Assembly (NCBI GenBank): GCA_011109175.1
Contig: RDEW01000051.1
Coordinates: forward strand, 242,685-306,684
Reading direction: 5' to 3'
DNA length: 64,000 nucleotides
From: Dicyema japonicum
Lineage: Eukaryota; Animalia; Dicyemida
Part shown: positions 25,901 to 37,010 of the stretch, piece by piece
How the letters are laid out: every line of letters starts with the position of its first letter
How positions within the stretch are numbered: the stretch's first letter is position 1
Notes under the pieces: generated by a model
What the model was told of the DNA's origin: nothing
Databases searched by the model: none
The model's input: the letters and a program-made list of their open reading frames with translations, nothing else
Position numbers and translations under genes: made by a program

Positions 25901-26400
25901 GAAAGAAGATGGCGTTGGCGAGGAGGATGGCTGCAAACATGGCTCAAGCGAAACCCTATTAGGGGTACGCGAAAGAGCCACTGCTAAGAAGGTAAGAGAG
26001 CGGGAGAAGCCCTTGTAACACTTCTATCATAAAAATAAAATTCTGATTAGCAAAGACTACATTTGAGCATATCTCGCCACCCTGGGGAAGAATAGCCACG
26101 TGTCAGGGTGACTACTGTATGACTCTCGGTTGATTGTTTCTTTATTTTAATAAAAAACCAAATTGAATCAGACTTGATTTTACATTTTCAAGGTCAAAAA
26201 ATGTAACCAGCAGACCACGTGACACATTCAATGTTTTCAACACTTGAAGAGTCGAATAAGATTATTCTTAGTAAACAGATTAATACCGTCTGTCTCTTCA
26301 ACCTCCTCCGTATATACAAGATTTATCAAGTAAGGAGGAGTTTTGCTGTACTTTTTTTTATTTTTAAATTCCGGATATACCAGAAAGATACCAAGAGTTA
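22950..26400 (-). CDS. Hypothetical multi-exon protein (possibly beta-propeller) with a TE-filled intron at about 24420-26040
   Basis: Minus-strand donors GTGAGTAC (about 24360) and GTAAGTAC (about 23998), 25-27-nt GT-AG introns; exon text SAHMALVEFCENSQVFIAATS/GHIYATLPLLSALADFEVIQISIRLIVLSTKISG and VENIECVTWS; linkage across the TEs is inferred. Confidence 0.4.
24420..24660 (-). mobile_element. Jockey/I-like LINE 3' end (GIT*)
   Basis: WMAQLITGTGSPNC region and CTCTCGGTGATTCTGGAG tail; similar to 31190-31270. Confidence 0.65.
24690..25040 (-). mobile_element. CRE-like element fragment
   Basis: HPLSCSKSVG zinc-knuckle region, LDAIGHPSMLEPAGLCRRDRKRSTGMTIFPF. Confidence 0.7.
25270..25965 (+). 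mobile_element. RTE-clade fragment with internal deletion
   Basis: GYDGIPDELLK; LDSFHRSQLR..WPRKISNE; KWQLFGHILRLDP; FRGRKRSL; ADDLDNVR. Confidence 0.8.
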
Positions 26401-26404
26401 AATA

Positions 26405-26700
26405 ATGTATATTTGAGGTGTATCCAGTTCCCACGGTCAGAGCAAGACCATTCCTTTTAAGCATCACGTCGATTCATATTGTGTGAACCCCTTTAATGGA
26501 GTGGGGAAACGACAGATCCACTTTGGATGCCGGACAAGGCATTGGTCTCCTGAGACAGATGGATCACACGACCCTTCTTATGTTCGAAGGAGGCACAGCT
26601 GACTATGAAATCTTCGACCAGCCAAGTAAAGTTGTGTGAATCGAGCTCACTGGCTGCAACACTAGCAATACCGCTAACCACTAGACTGCCTGCCACAGTC
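26405..26700 (-). mobile_element. SINE1 family copy with clear tRNA-derived head
   Basis: Head GTCTAGTGGTTAG..GAGCTCGATTCAC; core GGTCGTGTGATCCATCTGTCTCAGG; CTGACCGTGGGAACTGGATACAC. Confidence 0.8.
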
Positions 26701-26797
26701 AGAGAATTCAAGTTAATGTTTGAGATTTTTAAATCAATTATTTAATTATTAATCAAAATAAAATGATTTTTATGGAAAATCGAAATTTAAAATAAAA

Positions 26798-27856
26798 TTA
26801 ATAAATGCGTCTGAAATCTGATTTTTCGAGCAGAAATCGAAAGTACTCGACGAAGCTCGCCTCCACACATTTTATATTCCGTAGGCTGTAGTTACAAGTT
26901 CACTTACATGGAAAGAAGTTCACATCGACAACGCACAACCGTCCAGTCAATGGCTCTTGTATCAGATCAAAGCCATAAAGAGAGATCCCAAAGGCTTCAG
27001 AGATCCTCTCAGCCATTGATTTGACCACCAAGTCAATTTTCGATCCCTTGAGGATTGAATCCTCCAGTGAGTCGTCTGGCAGGACATCTTTGCACAACTT
27101 CTGTGAATTAAACGTGAAACTCTCGTTTTCTAGAAAAATAAATTTGGACAACCAGAAATGTTTTTCGTGGATTTCCGAATTTGGATGTTATAAAAAAATC
27201 CGATTACGTAGACCTTGAAGAGGATCCCGTGATGATTTAAATACTGCTGAGCCACGTGGGATTTCCCATTCAAATCAAAAGCCTCCAACGACTCCAGATT
27301 GGGCAGAATGGTCATCTTGACTTCATAAAAGCTTATACAAGGTGACTACCGTCCACGTGGGCGTTGCGCGTTTTGAGAACTGAAATGACAGCTAGAATTA
27401 CTAATTGGGAATGAAATTCCTGTTATTTTTATATCACAGTTTGGAATAATTTCTGAAAACCAAAGCTTCTTCACATCTTCGTGGTCCCTGAAGCATTCAT
27501 GGAGGGAAGAATACAGCTCTATTCTATCGTACAGACGCTCTACGTTAGCAGGGGGATCTAATATTACCACATCTCTGTTATTTTCAGCCATTTTCTAATT
27601 TATTAGGAATTCTAAATTTAACGATGAAAGTTATCGTAGCAGGAAAACTCTTGTGGATGACAAAATCGATGAACAAATATGTCAGGGCGTAATTTCTCGA
27701 TGTTAAAATTGAATTGCCCGTCCAAACAAATTTCATAAAGCTGAATGTTTTTATTTCTATGTGTCATTATAGCCTTTACAAGCATAGTTGCTTTATTTTG
27801 TCATAATTTATGTACTTCTTCCGCTTCTCATCTAGGCAAACAGCAATTTTTTTCAT
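26798..27856 (-). CDS. ITPK1: Inositol-tetrakisphosphate 1-kinase (ATP-grasp)
   Basis: VVILDPPANVERLYDR, KTRNAHVDGSHLMTI, QQYLNHHGILFKVYVIG, GISLYGFDLI, VVDVNFFPSY; micro-introns; 1-2 single-base frame problems. Confidence 0.85.
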
Positions 27857-28479
27857 CGAGTTTAACTGAATTATTTATCAATAAATTTTATTAATTTTTG
27901 GTTTTCCAGTAAAAATTACAAATTTTAAATTAAGATTAATTTTATAATAATATTAATTAAAGTGGAAAATCATCGAAATTTTTATATTTCTTATTATCAT
28001 AGCAAGCACTCAAGTCATAATCCCCCTTAGTAAGCGCCTCAAATTCAGGGAGTTACCTTACACGAACCTGTGCTCTTCGCAGGTTGTCGAAAACGTCACA
28101 ACAAAATACGATAGGATTAACTTACAGTAAAGTTTCTTAGGATTATGGAGGTCGGAAACCATCCGATCTCTGATTCCTTATATAAGTAGTAAATCGAGGT
28201 GACTTTGTCTCGTTGACCAATTCGGTTAGATCGTGACTACTCAAAAATCAACAGGTTGACGGAACAGCAGATTTATAAAAAGAAATGTTTGCAGTGACAT
28301 CTCTTAAGATCTTATTTCGAATGAACGATGATGGGTATCTTTTAGAAGTAATTCCATTGATCCCCCATAAGGTAGACTTGTTCAAGTTTACCCGAAGCAT
28401 ATCAACCTCAGAACAGCTATTTAGGAACGTCCTATGTATCGTGGAGAGTCAGTTGGGGTAACTTTCGTTTGATCGGCTA

Positions 28480-28640
28480 TCTGATACACCAAGAAGTTAA
28501 CACCGGCGTCACTCGTCATACCCAAAGCATCACAGATGAGTGGATTCTTAAGCCAGAATGTACAACAGAGAGATTCGAACCCAGAGCTATCAGGACTTTT
28601 CACAGCAAGACACTTCGCCTGCCACCACGACTACCACAAA
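28480..28640 (-). mobile_element. SINE2 family copy (diverged)
   Basis: A box GTCGTGGTGG, B box GGGTTCGAATC, shared core ATCCACTCATCTGTGATG..GACGAGTGACGCCG. Confidence 0.65.
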
Positions 28641-28712
28641 AATAATGTTATTTTTATGAATGTTGTTTTAATAAAAATAAATTTTTATAATAAATTGTTA
28701 AAAATTTAAATA

Positions 28713-29487
28713 ATGTATTCCAAAACGTTTTGTGTCCACGTGTTAAATTTACCAAAAAGAACATTAAATAACTACAACGCATCTTTTAGTCAAATACGCC
28801 AAAAATCTGTCAAATTCGATAACAAGGAAGTATTTTTTTACGTAACACAAGAAATACTATAAACTAACAATCCCAAATGTTCTCAGTGGAATTCGCTTAT
28901 TATCATCTCCCATAGTGGCCTACCACGTGCTAAATTATAATCTTGGGACAGCCTCTTGTATCTTTTTTACAGCAGCCTGTTTGGACTATGTAACGTCCCT
29001 TGTATTTTATTCTAGCTCGACGGATTTATTGCACGGAGATTTGAAGGTCAGAAATCCAGGTTGGGCTCACTTTTGGATCCCCTGGCCGACAAGACCCTCA
29101 CCGTGTTTACTGTGGGGGCCCTTTTAAGGGTCTCTCTTCTCCCTGGTAGAATTTTCGGTAAACTTTTATGATTGGTGGTGTTGGACTGTCCTGACACGAG
29201 AAATTATTCTGCTCGCAAATTCAGCCCACGTGGGTCTCTCAATGGACTGCAAGTACACTCAACTAGCAGTAAGGCCGTCGCTTATAAGCCGTGTATTTAA
29301 CACTGCTAATTGCTAGGTTAATACATTGCTTCTGTTTGGAACAATTGCGACGTCCCTGTCTTTGGAGTACGTCCCCACGTGGGTCGATGGGACGGATTGG
29401 CTTGTATTGGCCTCATTCCTTACATGTGTGCTTAGTACAGCTCAATATGTATTATTTCCACGAAAATATTATTATTTCAAAAAATAA
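28713..29487 (+). CDS. CRLS1: Cardiolipin synthase (CDP-alcohol phosphatidyltransferase family)
   Basis: Presequence-like N-terminus; [54 protein letters not shown] match CRLS1; micro-introns. Confidence 0.9.
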
Positions 29488-29509
29488 TTTTTAATCCCCT
29501 GATTGGATG

Positions 29510-30060
29510 GGAGATGATTGGTTCTGAGGAGATAGGGGATGGGGAAGCAGGCGGTTAAATTATAAGATTCACTTCACCACCTCCTTTTTTCTTACTTAGA
29601 ATAATCGTCGTGACTTCATAGAAACTGAATCTTCAGTTCCACCAGGTGACAGGTGCAATGGATTCCCCTTTCCGAAGTTAACTCATGACTGTGCTCATCT
29701 AGTATCCCTTGAATACGACGAACGAATATATGGCTCATAATTTGATAAAGGGTCTGTATGACCGTTCCACGTGAGCACAATTCTACAAGTGTTGTCGATC
29801 TAACACGTGGGTAGAAAGTTACGAGCTATAACTTATCAACGAATTGTTTCAATTTAACTCTGGGAGAGATTCGGACTCATCAATTCTGTGACACACTTTC
29901 CTTTGTTCAGAACTTTGGATTTTGATGTCTCATGAGTGCAGCACCTCGTCCATATTCACTAAAGAAAAGACTGGGGCTCTCACGGATCTGTCTTTAAAAA
30001 AAGTTCACACTCCTCTCGATGAAAAAAGTTCAATTTTGGTTTCATCCACTATAAAATATT
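29510..30060 (-). CDS. Hypothetical protein
   Basis: GC-richer island with about 60-aa open stretch LVTFYPRVRSTTLVELCSRGTVIQTLYQIMSHIF; no family recognised. Confidence 0.3.
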
Positions 30061-30559
30061 CATTATATGTTGCAGATCTTTATTCGAAATATTTTTAAGT
30101 GTTTTCAGAATATTTCCTGATTGTGTGGAAGTAAAATAATAAAGCCTGAGTCAACAATATCGTTTCATGCCGTCAATGCGGAAGTAAAACTCTACGTTTT
30201 GATTTTTTAGGAATTTTTGATTTTACTTAAAATGAGTTCTACGAAGTCAACGGAAATTAGATTCAATCAGTCATTATGATGGCTTGGTCGCATCCCCTCC
30301 GGCCCAACAGTGAAAGAACATGTAGGATCTACTTGTAGGCTGATATTTAAGGAACTTTTAGGATCGTCTTGTCTCCTATGTGGCATTGGATCAATAATGA
30401 TACTCACACGTGGTTTTAATAGGATAAATTTATATGCAGGAAATTTCTTCCGCAGCTAAATAAAATCAATAGAAAATACTAAGGATGTGCTCCAGACGAC
30501 CTCTGGTTCTAGATACCCGTCTAAAGTAAAGTATTTTAATACTGATTTTAGTTATCAAA

Positions 30560-30700
30560 AGCGGGAAATCACTTCTTTTCTCAAGAAACTAAGACTTCAT
30601 GTAACACTCAGAAGCCATGACGTCTGTGAAACCCAGTGGCTCACCAGTTGATCTCCGTTGAGAAGAAATTATGCTGGAGGGGATCAATCGCACAGGGGGG
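30560..30700 (+). mobile_element. CRE-like element 3' end
   Basis: FLKKLRLHVTLRSHDVCETQW..QLIS, homologous to 14518-14640. Confidence 0.65.
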
Positions 30701-31169
30701 ACAACCAAAAATATTCATACACATATGGGTGAAGTGGTAGTGCTACTAAGTGCTAACTATGCAGTTTGAATTATTAAATTTCTTTTTATAAAAAAATTAG
30801 CTAATATAATTACAGAATTTAAAGAAATTATAAACTCAACTAAATTTTATCAGTGTTAACTAAAATCCATGTCCAGATAATACATTGCAGGTTTGTACAT
30901 ACAGCCTCGTAGACAAGAAGGGGATTTACTTTTGGGATGCTCAAAGATTAATGCTATTCTCTTCGAAGAGGTCTAAATGTTAAATTAAACCTTACTATAT
31001 TGGAAATCTCGCTTGGTAGCCTCTTTAATGACGTTACCAACTGTTTACCACAAGAATCAGCGGAAGGCATAAAAATTGCGGGTTTTATTTATTTATTTAA
31101 ATTTAATTATAAAAATTTAATATATAAATTATTTTTAATTAATTTAAATGTTAAAAATCCCTGTTTATT

Positions 31170-31650
31170 TAGTATTTATTTTAATAACCCCGGGAACACC
31201 GAGAAGGAAAGACAAAAGAGTCAAACAGTTAGGTGATCCCAGTCCTCGCAATCAATTGTGCCATTCGACGTCTGTGATCTTCCATCGTCCCCACTACTTT
31301 CCGGAAGAGCCTTCTCTCGGTCTTGCAGAGGAATCCGATCGGGGAGGGGAATTTCTTATCCAATCGGTTTTCTCTTGCCATGGGAAGGATCAGGCGAAGA
31401 GGATTTCCATCTTCCTCACAGACGCGAAAAAATCCGGAGCCACGAATACGGATCTTAGCTTCCATGAGTAGTGGGTCGACTGTTGATCCATTACGTGGGC
31501 AAAGCATATTGATTGTTTTCCGGTATATCGAGTTGATTCTATAGACCATAGACTCCGATAGCCTGAATCTCCATGCAACGGAGGCATACTCAATGGCAGG
31601 CGCGATTGTTTGTTGGTAGAGGGTAGAAACGGAAAAATCCATGTTTAAAA
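31170..31650 (-). mobile_element. Jockey/I-like LINE 3' part (ORF2 ends ARTGIT*)
   Basis: LYQQTIAPAIEYASVAW; stop in GGGATCACCTAA followed by CTTCTCGGTGTTCCCGGGGTTATTAAA tail. Confidence 0.85.
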
Positions 31651-33039
31651 AATTTAGTTAGCTTAGTTGTTAGGATTTCACGCTATAAAAACAGTCTTGG
31701 TTCGATTCCTTCACTGTTCGCAGGTTTCTCTTCCTTCCCTGTTCCTTATCCTCCTGCGATGCTCAGTGGCAGGATCGCTTACTCTCCCCAACTGTATTTG
31801 AGGAGTTCTCACAAATGTAAGGATGTCTTCTTTTCTTTTAGTTAATAATCTCTTACTTGGGCATTTTAAAAATGTGAGATTGGTCTTGAGAATGTTAAAC
31901 AGTAAAAGCTGAGGATAAACCCTTGTGGGAATCATCTCTTCAACTCTATCGCATTATACAAGTAATGTCCGTGTCTCAAGTAAGATTCCCTTTCTCAAAG
32001 GTAGCCTTTAATCCATCTCACCTATTCTGCCGTGGTCACAGTCAGGGATAGTTGGAAGACGAGAGCCTCATTACTAGAACAGTTTTTATAGCAGTTAAAT
32101 TTAAAATATTAATTCTTAAAAAATTATTAATTTAAAAAAAAGTAAAATTTTTGGTTAAGAGGCCAGGATTTCTCTATGATCATCGCATTTTGAATCTGCC
32201 CCAACCATATTCCTTTGCGGGGCTTGCATCTCTTCGAGGAATGCTTGGTCCGATACTGGGATGAAATGCATCCGTCTTCTCTCCCATTACTAAAACAAAA
32301 AATATTAACTATTTTTTAGTGTTCACAGTCTGTTTTTTCTCATTAAAACGACATTTTTATTTCTCTCAACGCTATTGTATCAAATACGGCGTCGTAATTT
32401 TCGAAATAGTATTTTACGGCAACAAACAAACTATCCCATTTAAAATGACCCAGGTGAACACTTTGTGGTAGCAACAAAGAGGTCGAATCCAAGCCACTTT
32501 CTGCCTTATCAGTCTACTTAGCAACCCCCTGATATCGATGGTTGATGTTTATGTTCTCGGGTGGATGGGGGAAACCTTATTGCCGTTAAACTGGACATCT
32601 CAATTACCTTAACAGTATCAGACGAGATTTTCTCATGAAGCTCACGGGAACTGACTCCTTGGCGTGTTGTTCGGACTTTTGTCTTCGGAGACAATATTGT
32701 CCTACTCAGACCAGTGCGCAAGGGGACCCGTTAATACCTCGAAGATAGATTATTAACATCGACTCAGATCGTGTTTTCATTGGCAGAACCTTTCCAAGAT
32801 CAGTTTATCGGAGTAAAGATCATGAAAGTGGATGAATTATCTATCCTTGGAGCTTGTTTTGATTGTGAGGATCTGAGAGGCGCTTTTTCCTAAAGGACTC
32901 TCAGCTACAATTTCCATCTGAGAGGCTGAGGACTCTTGTGGCTTTCTTTCTGCTGAAAATTGTCTTTTCACACCAAAGTTACCTTCCCTTCTGAGTTGCT
33001 CCCAGTCTTCAGTCACTTGGAGATCCTAAGCATCATCAT

Positions 33040-33800
33040 TTGACTCTAAAGTCATCAATGTCCGATTCGACGATCAGACTGGAAGGTGTGAAAATTCTCG
33101 ACATCTCTGGGTGGTCTAGACCTCAGATTTATGCCCCCTGCTTTTCTTTGTGTGCTCCATGCGTTTGCCTGTCGTCTGAGATTCTATCCAACACTTCGAG
33201 GCTTTCTCAGAAGTCCGAACAGCATGGAGGGGTTGGGCTATTGCTCCCAAACGGACGAATTTTCCCAGATGTCTTGGGACGAAATAGTAATAACCTCACA
33301 TTCTTTAGAGCTCAGGAAAACCTCAGCCAACATCGCCTGGTTTGTTTTCGTTCGGCATTCATGGAGATTGGATGCCTACCCAATGCCTAAAGTCGGGACT
33401 TGCTGGACAACTGATCAAGATAAGACCAGAAGCGATGACGATCTTCCCATTTACAAAAGGACGTTCTCCCGCATTGGATGTCACTTGTGTTGATACTGAC
33501 AAAAATGGTGCTCAGTACAAAAACAGACAGTCCTTCCACTTACTCTACCGAACGGGGGAAGATGGATAAATATTCTGCGTTTGAGGAACATTTCCACATC
33601 GTCATAATAGCGTTTGAGACTTCGAATGTCGCTGAGCCTATAACCAGAGGTGTTCTCCGAGAGATTGTAAGCCCAATCTCGTCAAAGATGGAAAATCCTC
33701 GGACGCGGCATAGTTCAGTGCCAACATCGCGGAATACTCACTTTCTCGAGGCAGCTGACGTCCGATTTGTTTATTCCGTCTAATGATCAAATTGATACTT
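33040..33800 (+). mobile_element. CRE-like element, endonuclease region
   Basis: PEAMTIFPFTKGRSPALDVTCVDT; KYSAFEEHFHIVIIAFETS. Confidence 0.75.
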
Positions 33801-34029
33801 TTAAAAGAAGTTCAACAAGTTGGCTTGAAGGGAGAGATGAATCTTCATCGGAAACTTAACCACATGTTTGTACTCATCCACCACACATAAAAAGTTAAAA
33901 AGTCGAAAAAAGTCTAAAGTTTTTCGTAGTGTTAATCAATTTTTAATTTTTATATCAATAAATTTAAACTTTTATTTATTTTTATTTAAAAAATCATCGT
34001 TTTGTCAATTGCTATTTTAATGGGTTCAT

Positions 34030-34720
34030 TCAAGGTCATTAAAGAAATCAGGGAACGTAGCATGGTTTTTTCATAGTAGCCACTAACAAGTGAGGAAAAA
34101 AGGTTTGATCTGTTTGTTACAAATGTAGTCAGTTTCCTCCACGAGCATGCAACCCAGACAACTCATGGAGCTCATTGAAGAAGTCAGTTCTATTGCTAGA
34201 AAATACCCTGACGAATCATATCAACTCGCATGGGAATCGATGCGCGGCACACAATAATTGCTGAAAACAGCTTTTTATCGAATCGTTGGTGTCAACCTAC
34301 CTGATTTACCCACAGGTCTGATCCTCTTATCTCATCTACCGAGTTCTGTATCGATAGGGTCACTAACGTCTTTGTCGAATACAATATCCCCCTGCATAAG
34401 TTGAACGGTAAAAGCTTTAAGACTTGTCTGTGGTATTGAGAATCATCTTTCTTCCCCCTACGCTTGCAGTAAAAGTGTGGAAAATTTATGCCAAAGATGT
34501 ATTTTCAATCGGAAAAAGCTTAGAAGCAATCCACCACTGCCCAAAATATCAAATTATCTCCATGGTGTTTCTTTTCCTGACCATGGAGGAGGTGACGCAT
34601 TTAGGAGGGATCTGCACAAAGGAATTGTTGGATCGACATTCGAATCCCTTCCAGTACAAAACCGTCTATCAAAGGCTTTTAATGGATTACTGAGGTACAT
34701 TGGAATTTAGCAAAACATCA
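34030..34720 (+). mobile_element. hAT-like (CGGBP1-related) transposase fragment
   Basis: EFCIDRVTNVFVEYNIPLHKLNGKSF resembles the DL..AF..ANIPL.KL motif. Confidence 0.5.
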
Positions 34721-35092
34721 AAACGGAAAATAGGCTCGGTTTGAGTGGTGAGTGAGATGTTTAAATTTCCAAATACAAATTCATATTATTGTAAGTTCAT
34801 ATTCAAGAAAGTTTAAAAAAAAGTTAATTTTTTTAAAATAAAAAAATAAGAAATATAATATTTCATTATTATTTTATAGTCTATTACTGTGACATGATGA
34901 TCTCCGATTAGACTGATAAACTTTGTTCTGCATAGACCAAGGACACATGGACGTCTCAACGGAGATCGCTAAAGGCGACCCATTCCCCAATGCTACGGTT
35001 CCAGAAGGCAAGCAAATCCGGTATCTTCGATATCCCTCATGACAGTCGAGTTTAGCATTGCGTGATGATGGAATCTGCAGGGGCTCCGTCTC

Positions 35093-35202
35093 TTTTGGGA
35101 TCACAGTTAGCTTTGACTCTTTTTAGGGAATTTTGGGATCACAGTTAGCTTTGACTCTTTTTAGGGAATTTTGGGATCACAGTTAGCTTTGACTCTTTTT
35201 AG
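35093..35202. repeat. Tandem repeat, 38-bp unit, about 2.9 copies
   Basis: TTTTGGGATCACAGTTAGCTTTGACTCTTTTTAGGGAA repeated head to tail. Confidence 0.95.
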
Positions 35203-35339
35203 TGGTTGAAGTTTTTTTTAAATAAAATCCATCTCCCGCACAAATACCAAGATCAATCCGTCCAGAAAAGGGTGCTGGTGCCAAGACCATTGATGCTGCT
35301 TACGTGTTCGCAAGTCGAAAGAGTTTCAATGCCAAGATA

Positions 35340-35640
35340 CACATTACAAGGGCCATATTGAAAGACGATCCGAAGATAAACATTACAAGGGCCATATCAC
35401 AAGACGAAGGAACCTATTCACTCCGAGGGAATCTCCTTTAAGACGAATAAACATATCACTACCAAAGGAACCTATTACACGGTGGAGAAACATGTTACAA
35501 GTCGAAAGGATATATTCACAATTACGAAGGAACCCATTACACGGTGGAGAAACATGTTACAAGTCGAAAGGATCACGAAGTTACACGGTGGAGAAACATG
35601 TTACAAGTCGAAAGGATATATCCACAATTACGAAGACACC
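35340..35640. repeat. Imperfect tandem repeats
   Basis: ACATTACAAGGGCCATAT x2; TTACACGGTGGAGAAACATGTTACAAGTCGAAAGGAT x3 (about 35476, 35537, 35581). Confidence 0.85.
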
Positions 35641-37010
35641 TATTGAAAGGCGCAGTAGACAAAGGGTCAAAATCTCTAGATATTCTCCAAGTTGGACCTG
35701 GTACCCACACCAATTGATCCCTACATTCGATCCTGGTCTACACGGGACTTTGTCATCATCCTGACTTTGATGCCTACAGGACCTGGGACAATCGTAGAAG
35801 TACATACTGGAGTTGGGACCTACCGGGGGTACCCATACCAAATGTTCCCTACATTCGAATTGGGTTCTACGCAAGACTTTGTTAACCACATTATTGGTCC
35901 ATAGAACGCGGCTTACTGGGGAAGGGACGTACTAAGGGAGAACTAACTGGAGATGGGCTTACTAGCTTTGTACCTACTACGCTCTAAATATAAGAGCAGG
36001 ATTCATGTAATCCAACACTAGGACGAGATTAAAATGGAGACGGGGTGCAGCGGAAGTGTCCAGGCCGCATAGGCGGACACGTTTAAACATCCCTTAAACT
36101 AACTCTTATTTGCTGTTGAATAAATTGGTTTCGGGAGGCACAGTCAGACGGAACTGTGGATAACTGGAAATAAACGACTGCCTTCAAACACTAAAGACAC
36201 CCCAATTCGTATAAACGGTGCAAGGTGTCGGTACAATGAGATCGCGCAGTTTTCCGTCCATCAGGCGATTGTGCGGACACAAGGGATGTGAACATAACCA
36301 AGATGCGGACTCTTAAAACGTAGTGGATCACATAGTTATCTAGTTTTGGTCTTTATTTGTAATCTTTTGGAATATACTGATGATATTTCAATTATGTCTA
36401 ATAAGGCCATTAATCTGAACCAACAGCATTCTCTACAAAATACTCCTCGCTGGTATCGACCTCTTTTGTCGGTCTGCGGATCCTACCCTCATCCGACACT
36501 TTCTTTGTTAGAACTTCTGATTTCCTATGTCTCCTGACTTCGTTACCTCCCCCATCCTCAAAGAAGGAAAACAATGACTTTCATCCATCATAAGCAAAGT
36601 AGACCCTCCGTCACCACCACTAGAATATTTGACCGTGCTCAGCCTTCAGTTTATCAGAGTTTAGTTGATTAAGCCATTTTATCAAAATTTGAAAATATCT
36701 ATTACATCCATGTTCCCAAATTGTGTCAATCTGTCACAAAATTATAATCGATATAGAAATTCCCATTCACATAGAGTTCACTCGGAACCTTTGATGCATC
36801 AGTCTAACTCTCGCTCGAAGCCAAATATTACTCCAATGACCCCAACGCTAAAGTGAGTGCTTAAAGGGGCATTGTATCCTCCAACGTGGCTGCTTAGGGT
36901 TCAAGGTCTTTTTAACTGAAACACATGTCTTATTAAGTACGCACGTGACATATGTGAGTAGTTTTGATAGAATGATTTGGTTAGTAAAGTCAAATATTAA
37001 AAATATTGAT

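Noticed and set aside
26798-29487. Functional clustering of lipid/inositol genes (ITPK1, CRLS1) as an operon-like unit
   Set aside because: Opposite strands, different pathways and compartments; nothing beyond ordinary adjacency.
35093-35640. Short direct repeats as a possible CRISPR array
   Set aside because: Units are head-to-tail without unique spacers, there are no cas genes, and the context is eukaryotic.
35920-36140. LTR-like segment (TATA, AATAAA, then TGG..)
   Set aside because: No second LTR, TG..CA ends or recognisable primer-binding site could be established.
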